Source: Eledone cirrhosa
Taxonomy: Eukaryota
Direction of reading: 5' to 3'
Assembly (NCBI GenBank): GCA_964016885.1
Contig: OZ024742.1
Span: 147,994,001 to 148,058,000 of the forward strand
DNA length: 64,000 bases
The notes beneath the pieces were generated by a model. That model was not told the origin of the DNA and ran no database searches. It saw only the letters and a program-made list of their open reading frames with translations. This document shows positions 1 to 13,229 of the stretch, one piece after another. How positions within the stretch are numbered: the first letter of the stretch is position 1; each line of letters begins with the position of its first letter. The translations under genes and the position numbers were made by a program.

Positions 1-399
1 CTCTACTCAACCTCGTTCCCACGAACCTTAACGTATCCAGGGCTGTCGCTACTATTATGGCCAACTAGGTTGTCACCTTGGGCGCAGATCCCACAGAGGA
101 GCATTTGGTAGTTGAAATTATTTCATTTGGTAGAATGAGTCGCACATTATAGAGCTAGCCTAGAATCCTAAACATCCAGGCACCTCGAATCCCTTTCTAT
201 CACTGAAACTAAACTGATGCTAGTATTATACAGCTTTTCATTTTCTACAAATCACAATAAGCAAATTAAATGACGATGGCAAATGGGCAAACTTACTTTA
301 TTTTTATTGGATACTAAGTTATAGGTTTGTACTTCTAGTTCTTTTTTCTATAAACTCCTCATACAGTTAAAAATACCTGTCCTGTCCAAAGCCCGGATG

Positions 400-600
400 A
401 TCGTCAGGCTGCTCATCCTGGTTCATTGGCGTTAAGCGGCTGGGAATATGAAACTCTCTGGACAGGAGGCCAGTCCATCGAAGGGTTGACCCCCAGCTAC
501 AGTTGGTACTCATCTTCAACTAAGTGGATTGATGTAATGTGAAATGAAGTGTTTTGCTCAAGAACACAATGCGCCACCCAGTTCAAGAATTGAACCCACA
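400..600 (-). mobile_element. Second tRNA-type SINE family, decayed copy (related pieces near 6370-6530, 8260-8370, 21605-21930, 28680-29040, 53585-53700)
   Basis: Minus strand gives a B-box-like GGTTCAATTC followed by gtgttcttgagcaaaacacttcatttcac; similar text recurs at the other loci. Confidence 0.55.
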
Positions 601-1109
601 ACACTTGAGCTTTATTATTTTCCTCGTATGATCCATTGAATGAATCAGATTATTACTAATATATCATAGCAGTAGGTCCTAAACTTAAGACACTGAAAAA
701 TAAAGAAACGTCGTCTCTCTGCGTGCACCGCCATTTCCATCGCTGGTTCTGTCATTTATAAGTGTATCATATACTCTACATGCACAAGTATATACCTGTA
801 ACCCACATATAAATTGGCAAACCCCCAACCGGACAAAAAAACCCCGCACACTAAAAGATAAAACAAAATATATCTATAGTTTTTAATAGCCAACATTATG
901 AAGTGTAATTTACTTGATAAATAATAAACAAAAACTATGATTTTGCCAGTAGTTTAAATGAAGAGATGATCGGTGTTTCTAACTCATAAAGCTGATTGTA
1001 ATAAAATAAACATCGTCTGCCTTATTTAACTTAAGCGAGAGAGATAGAAGTAAAGAATGCGGACACACACACACATGCACGCGCACACATACGCACACAC
1101 ACACACATA

Positions 1110-1280
1110 CAATGTGTTCGCTTTTTACGCGAAGATGCATTCGTGAACTCTGCGCGTAAAGCAAATTCGCGTAATTCAAGTCGCATATTTCTGATAAACA
1201 GAAAAAAATAAAAAATAAAAACCGCACGCGTTATAGCGCGTTACTCGCGCAAAGTGAATATTTAATAATATTTTTCCAAG
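1110..1280 (+). mobile_element. Tc1/pogo-like non-autonomous DNA transposon end; inverted homolog at 22036-22198
   Basis: About 165 bp shared in opposite orientation; the terminus CA(A/G)TGTGTTCGCTTTTTACGCG abuts TA. Confidence 0.6.
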
Positions 1281-3224
1281 GGGCGTTAAAGTGAATTCGC
1301 ATAAAAAACGAACAGACTGTATATATGGAGAAAGGGGTAAGTTAAAGAGTGAGTGAAAAAAAAAATATATATATATATATACCAACGGAAGACATTTGTC
1401 CCAGCTTCAATTGTTTGTTTACTCAGCCATAGCCACTTTATCAGCACGGCCATTCCCTGTTACATCTCATTTTCTTCCTCTCAATTTTATCGAACGCATC
1501 TCTCTCATGTTTTTTCTCTTTTCTTTCTTTCTTTCTTTCTCCCATCCCCTCTCGCTCTCCCGTCATTTCTCTTTTCTTTTATTTTAACTCTCCCACCCCC
1601 TCTCGCTCTTTCTCCACAGCATGGAGAAAGATAAAACAAAATGGTCGAGTTTTTCAATATGCATACGGAAATATTATTTGTCTCGTGAATATATATATGT
1701 AATTTTGTGGGTGTCCATTCGCTAGTTTCCGAGTTTTAGACAGGCACACAGAATCAAGAACTCTCATTTATACATAATATATACGCACAGCGAGAAAGAA
1801 ACCCTACCGACATTCAATCGGAGACACCAAGATTCGTGTACAAACATGAACATATTTACAAAGCAGTAAAGCAAATATATTTAAACAACCACACTCTAGG
1901 CATATACAAATTTCGGTTGACAAAAATCAAACAGTCAAATATAATAAATATAATGAATGAATTGATACCAGTGACAAGATTGAATAGGAAATGGTACATG
2001 AAATCAATATACAAAGGACTGAAAAACGGAATACGGAAAGTGTGACATATCTCGCTTTTGTTTTTGTTGATACAATGAATACATATGAAACACACACAAG
2101 AACCCTCCATGTATTCAGTTGCTCGATATGCTAAAAGAGCTCATGGATGCTATCCAACCATCTTGCTCGTGCTCTATCTCTGTGTGAATGGCTATGGAGG
2201 AAATGCCTTTGACCATAGATTTGCTTAATCATTACTGACAAGTGACTAAACAACACACTTAGACACACACATGCGCGCGCGCGATCTCTAATTAATGAAT
2301 TAGTTTATGCATAAAGGTCTAATTTCACCAAAGGAGTGGAACTTTTAAAAGGTGTTTAATCGATATGATGGACGGCAGTACATGATTCATATCATATACT
2401 ACCGTTACTACAGTGATGAGATTAAAGTCAGAAGAAAGGAGGGGTGAGATTACTGGGCAAGTGGGTCAATTTAGCAAGCACTACGTCCGTTTCTCTAAAG
2501 AATCTTGTTCACGAGAAAACTGACTAGAGATTTTTAAGTCATTGACTTCAGACTGCTATTTTCAAGACAAAGGAGATTTGACTGTTATTTGTAACAGGTC
2601 GAACGAATACGTAGAGAGCGTGTTGGATCTGTTATATTTTCGTTATTCTCTGTTTTTTTGTTTTTTTTTATTGGGGATATAATATAATAAAATGTCACAC
2701 ATTTCATCTATGTGCAAATTGGCTCCACGAGGAGAAAGTAACTTTTGACATTTCGAAGCAAATCTGAGTAAATGTCGGTAACAACATTTACAATGATAAA
2801 ATATTAGAAAAGTATTAAACAAATTTAAAAATAAAATGAAGTGACAAGATTAAGGTCAGCATTTTGACGGTCAACCTTTAACTTATAGTTACGAATTTAG
2901 TGATATATAAGCCAGACGAAAGAAATAGATATTGAACGAATTGAGTTAACATTACACAAACAGAGATGCCTACTCTCGGTGTTTCGAATAATCACCCACA
3001 CCCGCTTATTAACTTTTCAGATTTTTTCCAATACCAAGTATTAGCCCGGCTTATATCAATGAATCGAAACAACAGAAGTAAGCTTTATTTCTTCTTTTTT
3101 TTTTTTTTATCAACTTCTAGTTGTATGTTGAGGTCATAACTGTTGCATAAGGTTATCACCGAAATATATATAACAGCGATTATGTTAAATGAAGTGAATT
3201 ATAACCTGTTGACTTGTACTTCAT

Positions 3225-3258
<34 letters not shown>

Positions 3259-3260
3259 TC

Positions 3261-3440
3261 ATTGTTTCTACTTTTGGCACAAGGCCAGCAATCCTCCCAG
3301 TGCATGACTGGTACTTTATTTTATAGACCCCATAAGGATGAAAGGCAAAGTTAATCTCGGCGCGATTTGAACTCAGACCGTAAAGGAGCGTAACTCTATG
3401 CTGCAAAGCATGGCGTCCGACCCTCTACCGATACTGCCAA
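3261..3440 (-). mobile_element. tRNA-derived SINE, family 1
   Basis: A box TGGCAGTATCGG, B box GAGTTCAAATC, central GCCTTTCATCCTT..GGGGTC.ATAAAATAAAGTACC block. Confidence 0.9.
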
Positions 3441-3656
3441 ATATGACAAAGGGAGGAGTGTGGGACTGTGTCCTGAATATATATTTTTTATCCAGTTAGT
3501 AAAATAAGTTAGATTACTTTGAATAAATAATCTATTACTTTGAATAAATAATGAATAAATAATTCATTACTTTCAATAAATAATGAATGAATATTACATA
3601 ATTTATGTACTAAATTTCGTAGCTGTTGATTAAACATAAATGTTCTTATATATAAT

Positions 3657-3844
3657 TGTTTCTACTTTTGGCACAAGGCCAGCAATTATCCCAGTGCATT
3701 ACTGGTACTTTATTTTATCGACCCCGTAAGGATGAAAGGCAAAGTTAACCTAGGCGGGATTTGAACTCAGAATGGCAAGGGCCGTAACTCTATGCATCAA
3801 AGCATGGCGTCCAACCCTCTACCGATACTGCCAATTCACCGCCC
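3657..3844 (-). mobile_element. tRNA-derived SINE family 1, full length with 16-bp TSD
   Basis: TSD tgttcttatatataat at 3641-3656 and 3848-3863. Confidence 0.93.
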
Positions 3845-4334
3845 TCCTGTTCTTATATATAATGATTGTTTATTTTAATATTCACTTCTTTTAAAATTTT
3901 CAAATGTCTACACATCCGGTTATGATATAATGGACGCTATATCACATATCGCTTATATAAACGTTCATATATTTGCATCATTATATAAGGTTTATATTTC
4001 TATTGCTAATGTTCTCCTTTTTCGTTTTCATTACATTTCACCGTAATGCAGTTTATATATAATATCGTCTTTTTTTAATGTATCATGGATTACTTTACTG
4101 ATTACAGAAGAGAGTGTAACACAGCCTCGCTTCAATTTCTGTGCATATTGTCAATTACAATTTTATTTGATGCATCATATCTACATGCATATATATTTGC
4201 GTATATCAATATACACGCTACCTATGCTAACAGAAAACCACCCGAAAGATGGTTTTTCTGCTAGTGTATATAATTACGAATGAAACAAATTATTTATTAA
4301 AGTAATTACCAAATACGTTTTTACATTAAATATC

Positions 4335-4376
4335 GATTTACGATCGTTTCGTCCCTTATTGGGACTTACCAAAACC
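4335..4376 (-). ncRNA. Degenerate type I hammerhead motif inside a ~55-bp-arm inverted repeat (about 4270-4490)
   Basis: ggtt-TTGGTAA-gtccc aataa gggac-GAAA-CGATCG-TA-aatc; the core differs from CTGATGA by 3 transitions. Confidence 0.55.
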
Positions 4377-5194
4377 AACCATTCATGAGCAAATATCTCA
4401 TTATATTGTCTCACCAAGCAGATCAAAGCGTTTGTTTAAAAACTTATTTGGTAATTACTTTAGTGAATAATTTGCTTCATGCGTGATTATTATTTTTAAC
4501 ACAATAGGATTTTGTACACATGCTTGTTTGAAAAATCATTCAAGGAAGTATGAAACATAGCCCTTTGCACTGTATATTGTAATAAATTGCTGTATTTCGA
4601 GGTATTTTTATTTCTCCACCTACCTCTCTCGAATTTCTATATTGTTTTTGTAAAAAACGATATTGTTTCCACACACACACACACATATATATATATACAC
4701 ACACACACATATATAATATATATATAAACATACATATATATAAACACATACGTATATATATACACACACACACACATATATACATATGTGTGTGTATGTA
4801 TATGTATGCATATATATATACACACACATATATACATATACACAACCGCACACACATATACATACTTGCATAAATCAACTTGTAAAAACCTTGTAAAACT
4901 TGTATGACCAGCTCTTCATAAAGATACGAAAATAAAACTTGAGAGGTCAATATGCATATAATAAATTGTATAATGGTATATATATATAACACATATATAT
5001 TGTATAAAATATTGTATTAGGAAAAACAGCCAAGGAGCGAGGAGAAATTTGAAGAGAAATTTAATTGATTAAATAATCTAAGACGTGTTTTATTACCGAT
5101 TACATAATTGTCTACGAGAGCTGCATAGGAATATTATTTTCTGTTAATTCACTCGCATTATGTCTGTATACGGCGGTGCATTATGTCTGTATAA

Positions 5195-5380
5195 GGGCGG
5201 TGGATTGGCAGTATCGGTAGAGGGTCGGACGCCATGCTTTCCAGCATAGTTACGTCCCTTTACGATCTGAGTTCAAATCCCGCCGAGGTTGACTTTGCCT
5301 TTCATCCTTACGGGGGTCGATAAAATAAAGTACCAGTAATGCACTGGATAATTGCTGGCCTTGTGCCTAAAGTAGAAACA
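5195..5380 (+). mobile_element. tRNA-derived SINE family 1, young full-length copy
   Basis: Near-identical to the 9094 and 57644 copies; TSD attatgtctgtata at 5180-5193 and 5381-5394. Confidence 0.93.
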
Positions 5381-6982
5381 ATTATGTCTGTATACGGCAA
5401 TTCACCAGAGATTAATGAAATAAACATTTTAAAGGTATATTTATGTAGAAAGGGAACGAGGAGGAAGTGCAGTGGGCAGTAGCCAATAGGCTTTGACTGT
5501 GGTGATGGCAAGCGCTCCTACAGAATTACCTTCACTTTTAAAGGAGGTAAATCCCTCATCTGGGACGTGACAACTTTGTAGCCTCGACCACAAACCCCGG
5601 TACGGCGGCTCGCAGTGCAGAGGACAGGAAGAGAAGTAAATACCAGAGATTGTCCGGCTGCTTCCTCTTTGCACCGGTCGCCGTCGAGACTTCAGGCGTC
5701 CTCGGAACCCGGACAGCTAACCGCCTTCGTAAAATCGAATCGATAGCAGCCCATCAGAGGAGGGAGCCCCGCGTGGTGGGGTGACTGTTGCAGCGTGTGT
5801 CACTGGCCATTGTCCATGGAAATGCCTTTGTCATTTTTCTGCAGGGCGCAGCCGAAACACCGCTCTGATCTAGGTGTAGAGTCTGTCATCCATTCTCCTT
5901 CACTCTTTCTTTCTTCCTTTGTCTAGTGGTCTCTCAATGAGTCTCACAATGCTGCTCTTTTTTTCTGTATGCTTATTTGTTATGTTGTTTATTAATTGTA
6001 TTTACACATGACGGCATAGATTTCATAAATTGAAGCGTGTTGAGCTTTGTGTACCCAGCTCTATTTTCTCACCTGATTATAATGCCATTCCTTATAACAC
6101 TGAGAAAATGAATGAGAAACAAAGGTAGAATTGTAATTTTTGTCTAACAGCTTTGCCAATCTGAAATAATCCCTTGTTTTTCAACTCATTGTATTACATA
6201 TGTGAGATACTACCGTTTATATTATGTATCTACTAAGCAGAACGCTCCCTGAAATATTCTATTATATCGTTGATCAGAGTCATTATATTTCATTTATTTC
6301 TATATGGTTAGAGTGTTCTGCACACCATCGTACATATGTTCGATTCCCGGTGGCGCATGGTTTTCTTGAGAGGCGCAGACATGGCTGAGCGGTTAAAATG
6401 TTCGCTTCGCAATTATGAGGTTTCAGGATCGATTTTATTGTGTGGCGTCTTGAGCAAGAGTCTACGGGCCGACCGAAGCCATGAGAGTGAAATTGGGTAA
6501 ACAGAAACTGTTGGATGGATTGTACCAGTGAATTAAATTCCAGCTTTGTCACATGGTGTTACACTGATTCGGCTCGGGAATTGAACCAATACTAAACCAC
6601 TTGACTCGTTAATTCACTATTAAATTTTGTCAGTTGAGCAGAATAACTTTGGCTGAGAATATCTAAGACTGATTGTCACCAATCGGCTTTAAAGGCGAGA
6701 CCTAATTCAATTTTGTCGCGGAAACTATGTACAATTTTCCAATAATCGTATTTCCCATGACTGCTTTTACAGACTACACTGTTTTGATATAATAAACACA
6801 AATTTTATTAAAAGACTCTTATCCTGCAGCACCAGAATTTTTTCCCCAAGATCTTCTTTGAGAAAAACTTGTTTATATTATGTAAAAATTTCGACGAACT
6901 GATTTTATTTGAATTATCTCCCTTGTTTTTATTTTTGTTAGATTTTACCCCCCCCCCCCCCCCGAGAAGGGGTGTTTTGTTT

Positions 6983-7443
6983 GGCATACGTCAAAACGGC
7001 CGGTCTCAAAAGTGAAACTAATTTTTGACAGTTACGTACACGTTATAAGAGTTATTTAAATTTATATATATAAAATAAAGGAGCAAATAAGAGCATGATA
7101 TGAAGTCAGTCATGTGTGTGTGTATATATGTGTGTGTGTGTGTAAACGAATGTAAAAGAATATATGTAGGGCATAGATAAATAAGGTTTCCTAGAATTTT
7201 ACACACACACGTGTATATATTATAGTGTGTATGTGTGCATATATAAGTGTATATGTGTGTGTACTTTTACATTCGTTTACACATATATACACACACATAT
7301 ATACACACACACATGACTGACTTCATATCATGCTCTTATTTGCTCCTTTATTTTATATATATAAATTTAAATAACTCTTATAACGTGTACGTAACTGTCA
7401 AATATTAGTTTCACTTTTGAGACCGGCCGTTTTGACGTATGCC
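6983..7443. mobile_element. Mutator-like MITE (foldback) with ~175-bp TIRs and 9-bp TSD
   Basis: Arms 6983-7158 and 7264-7443 start GGCATACGTCAAAACGGCCGG; TSD gttttgttt at 6974-6982 and 7444-7452. Confidence 0.85.
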
Positions 7444-8449
7444 GTTTTGTTTCATAGTTTGTATAGTTAATCTCAGTTGATCGGAATTCTTAAAATCAAT
7501 ATATATGAGATTTTATTGTATTTATAGAACTGAAAACGTGAATTTGGATTTATCCATATCAGCATAAAATAAATGTTATTTATCTCAGTCAGTCCTGTCA
7601 GAACAAACCTATAATCAAAGACATTCCAGTCATTACAGCTCCATCTTTCTGTTAGACATTGCATATTTAGCGAATTTAGATACTATGGTGTAAATGCATC
7701 GATAAAAAAAGTCACAGAAAACAGTCGCGTTTTATATAAATACCATAAAAAGGTAATTTATTTTAAACAGTGGAAACGTATCTTTCAAGGTACGAGAAAA
7801 AAAACAAAACAATGAAAACACTTAAATTTCGGTTTAAACATTTTTTTTTTCAATCCCAAAAGTGTGACAATTTTTCTGACTTCTTTTTCAGAAATTTTAT
7901 TTTAGTTCAATGGTGTCATTTAAGGGATATTTGGCTGCTATTTTTAGCACATTGAGCAAAAACTTGTTTAAATGTAATTATTGAGAGAAAGGAAGAAATT
8001 ATAAGCGGATATAGGCTATCTGATACATATCTCAGCAAATGGACATGCTAGCAGAAACATTATGTTTATATATAACTAAAAAGTGATACAAAGATATACA
8101 TACAAACAGACAAAAGAAAGGACATATCAGTCGTGACCATCCCAAGTTTTTAACTGTAATATCTCTTTTGTACCTTCCTTATGTGGTGATTGGGGAGAGG
8201 TTTGACTGCTATTTCTAGCAGGTGGATAGAATAACACAAATCTGAACATGGTTATGTAATTAAGATTTTTACGTCGCAACCATGTGGTTTCAGGTTCAAT
8301 CGCACCATGCAACGCCTTGAGCAGCTGTCATATAAATTCAGTTTAATCAGTACCTTGTGAGTCAGAATTGGTAGACTTGGTAGACATAAATTTTGAGATC
8401 AATGGAAAATATTTATGATTCATTTTACGGATATATATATATATATAAC

Positions 8450-8492
<43 letters not shown>

Positions 8493-8627
8493 TAGAAGGG
8501 ATATTCAATTTGTTGCTAATTCCACAAATATAAATGTTTATAACTGATTTAGAGCACTCAACAGTTTTCTGGAGTATAATATACATTGATATTAAATAAA
8601 TGGAAACTATATTTATAAAACCATATT

Positions 8628-8688
8628 TATTCTATTATATATATTTCAAGGGTACCAAAATTTTGGTACGCTATCATCAGATAAAATA
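8628..8688 (-). ncRNA. Type I hammerhead ribozyme in (TA)n-flanked cassette 8491-8757
   Basis: tattttat-CTGATGA-tagcgtaccaaaattttggtaccctt-GAAA-TATATA-TA-atagaata; stems I and II pair. Confidence 0.8.
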
Positions 8689-8756
8689 CAAAATGTTTTA
8701 TAAATATTTGACATAACCAAGGATAATATACCTTAACGGTTCAAGTTATCCCTCGA

Positions 8757-9279
<523 letters not shown>

Positions 9280-9360
9280 TATATATATATATGTTTCCAT
9301 TTATTTAATATCAATGTATATATATATTAATAAATGAAAAATATTCTCATAATCAAAATA

Positions 9361-9427
9361 TATATTTTATTATACATATTTCAAAGGTACAATGGTGTTT
9401 AAGTACGTTTTCATCAGACAAAATATA
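9361..9427 (-). ncRNA. Type I hammerhead ribozyme (related to the 8628 copy)
   Basis: tatattttgt-CTGATGA-aaacgtac..gtaccttt-GAAA-tatgta-TA-ataaaatata; 10-bp stem I with one G.U pair. Confidence 0.82.
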
Positions 9428-9573
9428 AGATTTGATATGCGACATACCGCTACGGTTTTGATTATTCAATTCCAGAAGTGGTTATATATATATATATATA
9501 TGTCTCATATGTCCCAAGGCTCTGATACCATCAACACTATAAACACAGAGCTGGCATATCTAAGAACTGACTA

Positions 9574-9629
9574 ACTGCCTGATGAGGTCATAGCCATTCA
9601 ATGGCTATCAGCGAAATATATATAGCAGT
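9574..9629 (+). ncRNA. Type I hammerhead ribozyme followed by AATAAA
   Basis: actgc-CTGATGA-ggtc atagccatt c aatggctat cagc-GAAA-TATATA-TA-gcagt-aaataaa. Confidence 0.82.
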
Positions 9630-9730
9630 AAATAAAGGAATATGAGTTCATGCAATTGACTTATGTTTCGTCACTATATATATATATATATATATATATA
9701 AGAACAAAAGATAGTTAAAAGAGTTCCATG

Positions 9731-9801
9731 TATTTTAATATGCGCATTTCAAAAACAAATATCATCATGCAATAATATTTGTGTTTTCATCAGATAAAAC
9801 A
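9731..9801 (-). ncRNA. Type I hammerhead ribozyme (minus arm)
   Basis: tgttttat-CTGATGA-stem II-GAAA-TGCGCA-TA-ttaaaata. Confidence 0.78.
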
Positions 9802-9861
9802 GGAGGACATGATATGAAGGTTAAAAAACATTTGTGGATAGTTCAGTTTTAAATCAACATA

Positions 9862-9932
9862 TGTTTTATCTGATGAAAACACAAATATTATTGCATGATG
9901 ATATTTGTTTTTGAAATGCGCATAATAAAATA
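9862..9932 (+). ncRNA. Type I hammerhead ribozyme (plus arm)
   Basis: tgttttat-CTGATGA-aaacacaaatattat tgcatg atgatatttgttttt-GAAA-TGCGCA-TA-ataaaata. Confidence 0.85.
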
Positions 9933-10055
9933 CGTGGAACTCTTTTAACCATCTTTTGTTCTTATATATTATGTATACTCCAGTCCTACAAACTGTAGAG
10001 TGCTTCTTATCCGATATCTGCATTGCTTTATTGTACTACAATAAAACTCACCTCC

Positions 10056-10101
<46 letters not shown>

Positions 10102-10103
10102 AT

Positions 10104-10456
10104 GGATGAAAGCAAAAAAAAATGGACCTCAGTCGGATTTGAACTCCGACCGTAAAGAGCTGGAACAAATAATTCTAAACATTTGTCTGACGCTCTAATA
10201 ACTCTGCCAATCCACCGCCCTTAATGCACTTTATAAATAATGGTTTTTGATTTAGGCACAAAGCCAACAAATTTGTTTGGGGGCGGGAATATTGAATCAT
10301 CCCCAGTGCGTTACTGGCACTTTATTTTATCGACCCAGTAAGGATGAAAGGCAAAGCTAACCTCGGCGGGATTTGAAATCAGAATGTAAACGACCGTAAC
10401 TCTATGCCGCCAAGCAGGGTGTCCAACACTTCACCGATACTGTCAATCCATCGCCT
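10104..10456 (-). mobile_element. Two adjacent SINE family 1 copies (10104-10220 partial; 10241-10456)
   Basis: Same head and central block; diverged TSD-like atgcact.ta.aaataat on both sides of the second copy. Confidence 0.85.
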
Positions 10457-10654
10457 TTATGCACTATACAAATAATATTATAAATGAATTAGAATTTACA
10501 GCAAAAAGACTCCTTCAAAATCGGAGGTCCTCCTTGCATCACCCAGAATAAACTCAGGTCAGATGTAAAATGTAGGCTCCATTTCAACTTGCTCATTAGG
10601 TATTTTAACAATCAGTGTTTGAACCAATATTTCTTCCTGCCGCCCGGCGTCACA

Positions 10655-11410
10655 CCAAGGGGGCCAAGGAAGATTGCTCTATTTATAGAGAGATCGCCTT
10701 ACTAAGCCTTCCCGTTAAAGTCTATGTTAAGTATCAGACAAAGAGTTATAGGGATATTGTCGCGTCCAAGCTAGCTGACGAACAGCGTGGTTTTTGCCCC
10801 GGACGCAGCACAGTCGACCAAATATTCACACTGCGGCAGGTCGTCGAGAAATTGTGTAATGCCAAGAAATACATGCTTATTTCGTAGACCTCGAAAAGAT
10901 ACATGGTCGCTTTCCACGGGACCTGTTGTGGAAAGATCTGAAAAAGTATGAGATCGATGGACAGTTTTTTGCTGCTCTGATGTCTCTATACGAATGTCCT
11001 AGTATTTGTGTTTGGATAAGTTGTGCTAAGGCGAAAACATCTAATGTGGGTTTCGGACTCTGCCAAGAGTACGTACTGTCACCCCTCCTGTTCATAATGT
11101 TCATTTACATAAATTTGCAGATGACATGGTAGTCTGAAGATGATCTCTGACATGCACTCGATAGGCTTGATGCTGGGTGCTGCACGATTGTTAGTTCTGT
11201 GAAGACTGAGACGCTCGTACTCTCAAGGAAGCCTGCGTATTGCACTCTACATGTGAGTAGATTTCCACTGAAGCAGGTGGAGAAGTTCAAGTATCTCGGA
11301 GCCATGTTCACGAGTGATGGAAGGCAGTATTCGTGTCAATCCTTATCTATTGTCATGAATCTCAGGTAATGACCGAAAGCATACGATCGCGAATGTAAGC
11401 AGCTGAAATG
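10655..11410 (+). pseudogene. RTE-clade LINE reverse transcriptase fragment, frameshifted
   Basis: YREIALLSLPVKVY, DEQRGFCPGRSTVDQIFTLRQ, GLCQEYVLSPLLF, and VEKFKYLG encoded near 11277. Confidence 0.85.
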
Positions 11411-11763
11411 TGCCCTTTCATTTTTTAAATTAACACGGTAGAATGTGATTTCAGGGCGATTTGGCTGCTATTTCTAACAAGACGAGTGACCTCATTGATC
11501 AGTCATGACAAATTGCGGCCCATTTGGCTTTCTGAATGGCATGCCTAATCTAACAATTTTTTTTTAGTATAGGCGTCTCTATGATTTTTTCTTTAGTAAA
11601 TAATTTATTAAGTTTTCATAATTAATTAAATAAATAATGAAAAAAGGAGGAAGAGATAAAGAAGGACAGATCTGGCTGTATAGGAAAGTAAAGAAGAGGA
11701 CTATGATAAAAATAAGAAGAAAGGGAGGTAAAGAGCAAGGACAATTAGTTGAACTCTTTAGTA

Positions 11764-11830
11764 ATGCGGCCCGCCTATGATGAGTCATATCCTATGCGGC
11801 CCACTGCACGAAAAAGGTTTCCCATGCCTG
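11764..11830. mobile_element. hAT (Charlie/Buster-type) MITE terminus
   Basis: tgcggccc subterminal repeats, end ...ggtttcccatgcctg, then ccgTAgat (nnnTAnnn target). Confidence 0.6.
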
Positions 11831-12479
11831 CCGTAGATAATATCTAGTATTGTAAATACTTGGTTGTTACTAGTGTTTAGTGATCAAGTAGATATATGAT
11901 CAAAGTTAGCTCTGATCAAGTAGATATATGATCAAAGGTATTCTATTTCTAGTCGCGACCCCCCTATCTTTTCCCGTGGTGTCAGATAGCAGTGCGTGTG
12001 ATTTGAGTAATCTTTGGCTGTTATTTCTAGCAACTAGAGCGACCACAGAGATTCTCCTGTTGGCTTGCCTAGTTATATGTATGTAGGAGGGGGAAGAAGG
12101 AAGACACTAACGTTAGGTAGATGGAAGAGATAGACATGCTGATACACATATAGGCTGTCAGTCAAACAGATACATAGTTTGGCAAACAGAAAATATATGG
12201 ATACATAAATAAACAGTTATACCCAGACATAAATAATGATGATGATGATGATGGTGATGATGATGCATGTGGTGGTGACGATGACGATGCTGTTGCTGCT
12301 GATGATGTTTAGCCATAAGTCAGCAATACCAACCCGCCTTTTTAGGGGTATGTACAAACTGCATTATGCTTAACTGAATGGTTCCAGATATTAAAACAGC
12401 CAGTGGTAAGAGATTTTGTTTAGATGTCATCAGACACAGTTAATTCTGGATAGAACGACCCACCTGATGACAGGAAGTC

Positions 12480-13015
12480 GAGACATGCTTATAAAATCAG
12501 AAAACAAGTACAGCTCCCACGATTTACGGAAACATTTTTTCACGCTCAGAGTTACTGAAGCATGGAACAAACTACCTGCATCAGTTGTTAGCTGTCGGGA
12601 CACTGCATCCTTCAAAACTTCCATGCTACCCGAAATTCGTCAACACTACACCTGATATTCCCCCTCCATACACACGCACGAATGTATGTGTGTGTCTGTG
12701 TGTATATCATGGCTCACACTGATCACTTTCCTGACATCTGTACATTATTCTATATGGATTGGCAATATCGGTAGAGGGTTGGATGCCATGCTTTCTAGCA
12801 TAGTTACGTCCCTTTATGGTCTGAGTTCAAATCTTGTCGAGGTTAACTTTGCCTTTCATCCTTACGGAGTCGATAAAATAAAGTACTAGTAATGTACTGG
12901 ATAATTGCTGGCCTTGTGCCAAAAGTAGAAACAATTATTCTATGTACTATACATGCACCTTTGATGAGCTGTAGTGCACCTGAGCACTGTACACAATGAT
13001 TTTCGTTATTATTTT
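12480..13015 (+). mobile_element. CR1-like LINE 3' end interrupted by a SINE
   Basis: RKHFFTLRVTEAWNKLPASVV..SFK is a typical CR1 ORF2 C-terminus. Confidence 0.8.
12755..12933 (+). mobile_element. SINE family 1 with 10-bp TSD
   Basis: attattctat at 12744-12753 and 12934-12943. Confidence 0.9.
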
Positions 13016-13229
13016 AGATGGATCCGATCATCTGATCCATCATGACCAATGAGAATCAACTAAACTGGCACCTTGCCAATTACACGGCTTCATTTACCAA
13101 ATGTCCTAACGAGCTAGATATGATTGAAATTTGGTAGCAACAGAGTGAATAATGATCTGTTTGATTCTTAATAAATATAAACTCTACACTATTTATTGAG
13201 TAGTACCATTTTTAGTTTGGGAATTCGTG

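Larger units (their letters stand above)
9700..10058. mobile_element. Penelope-like pLTR-derived inverted cassette with two hammerheads, in (TA)n
   Basis: Inverted arms 9700-9801 and 9862-9963; the right arm continues through AATAAA to ...cctcctac(AT)n; same family as 39191-39622. Confidence 0.8.

Noticed and set aside
5195-5290. tRNA gene
   Set aside because: The A/B boxes belong to the SINE head; no cloverleaf or terminator.
5443-6099. Possible solo LTR (TG...CA, CCAAT, GC-rich)
   Set aside because: No TSD, PBS/PPT or second copy in the window; cannot be supported.
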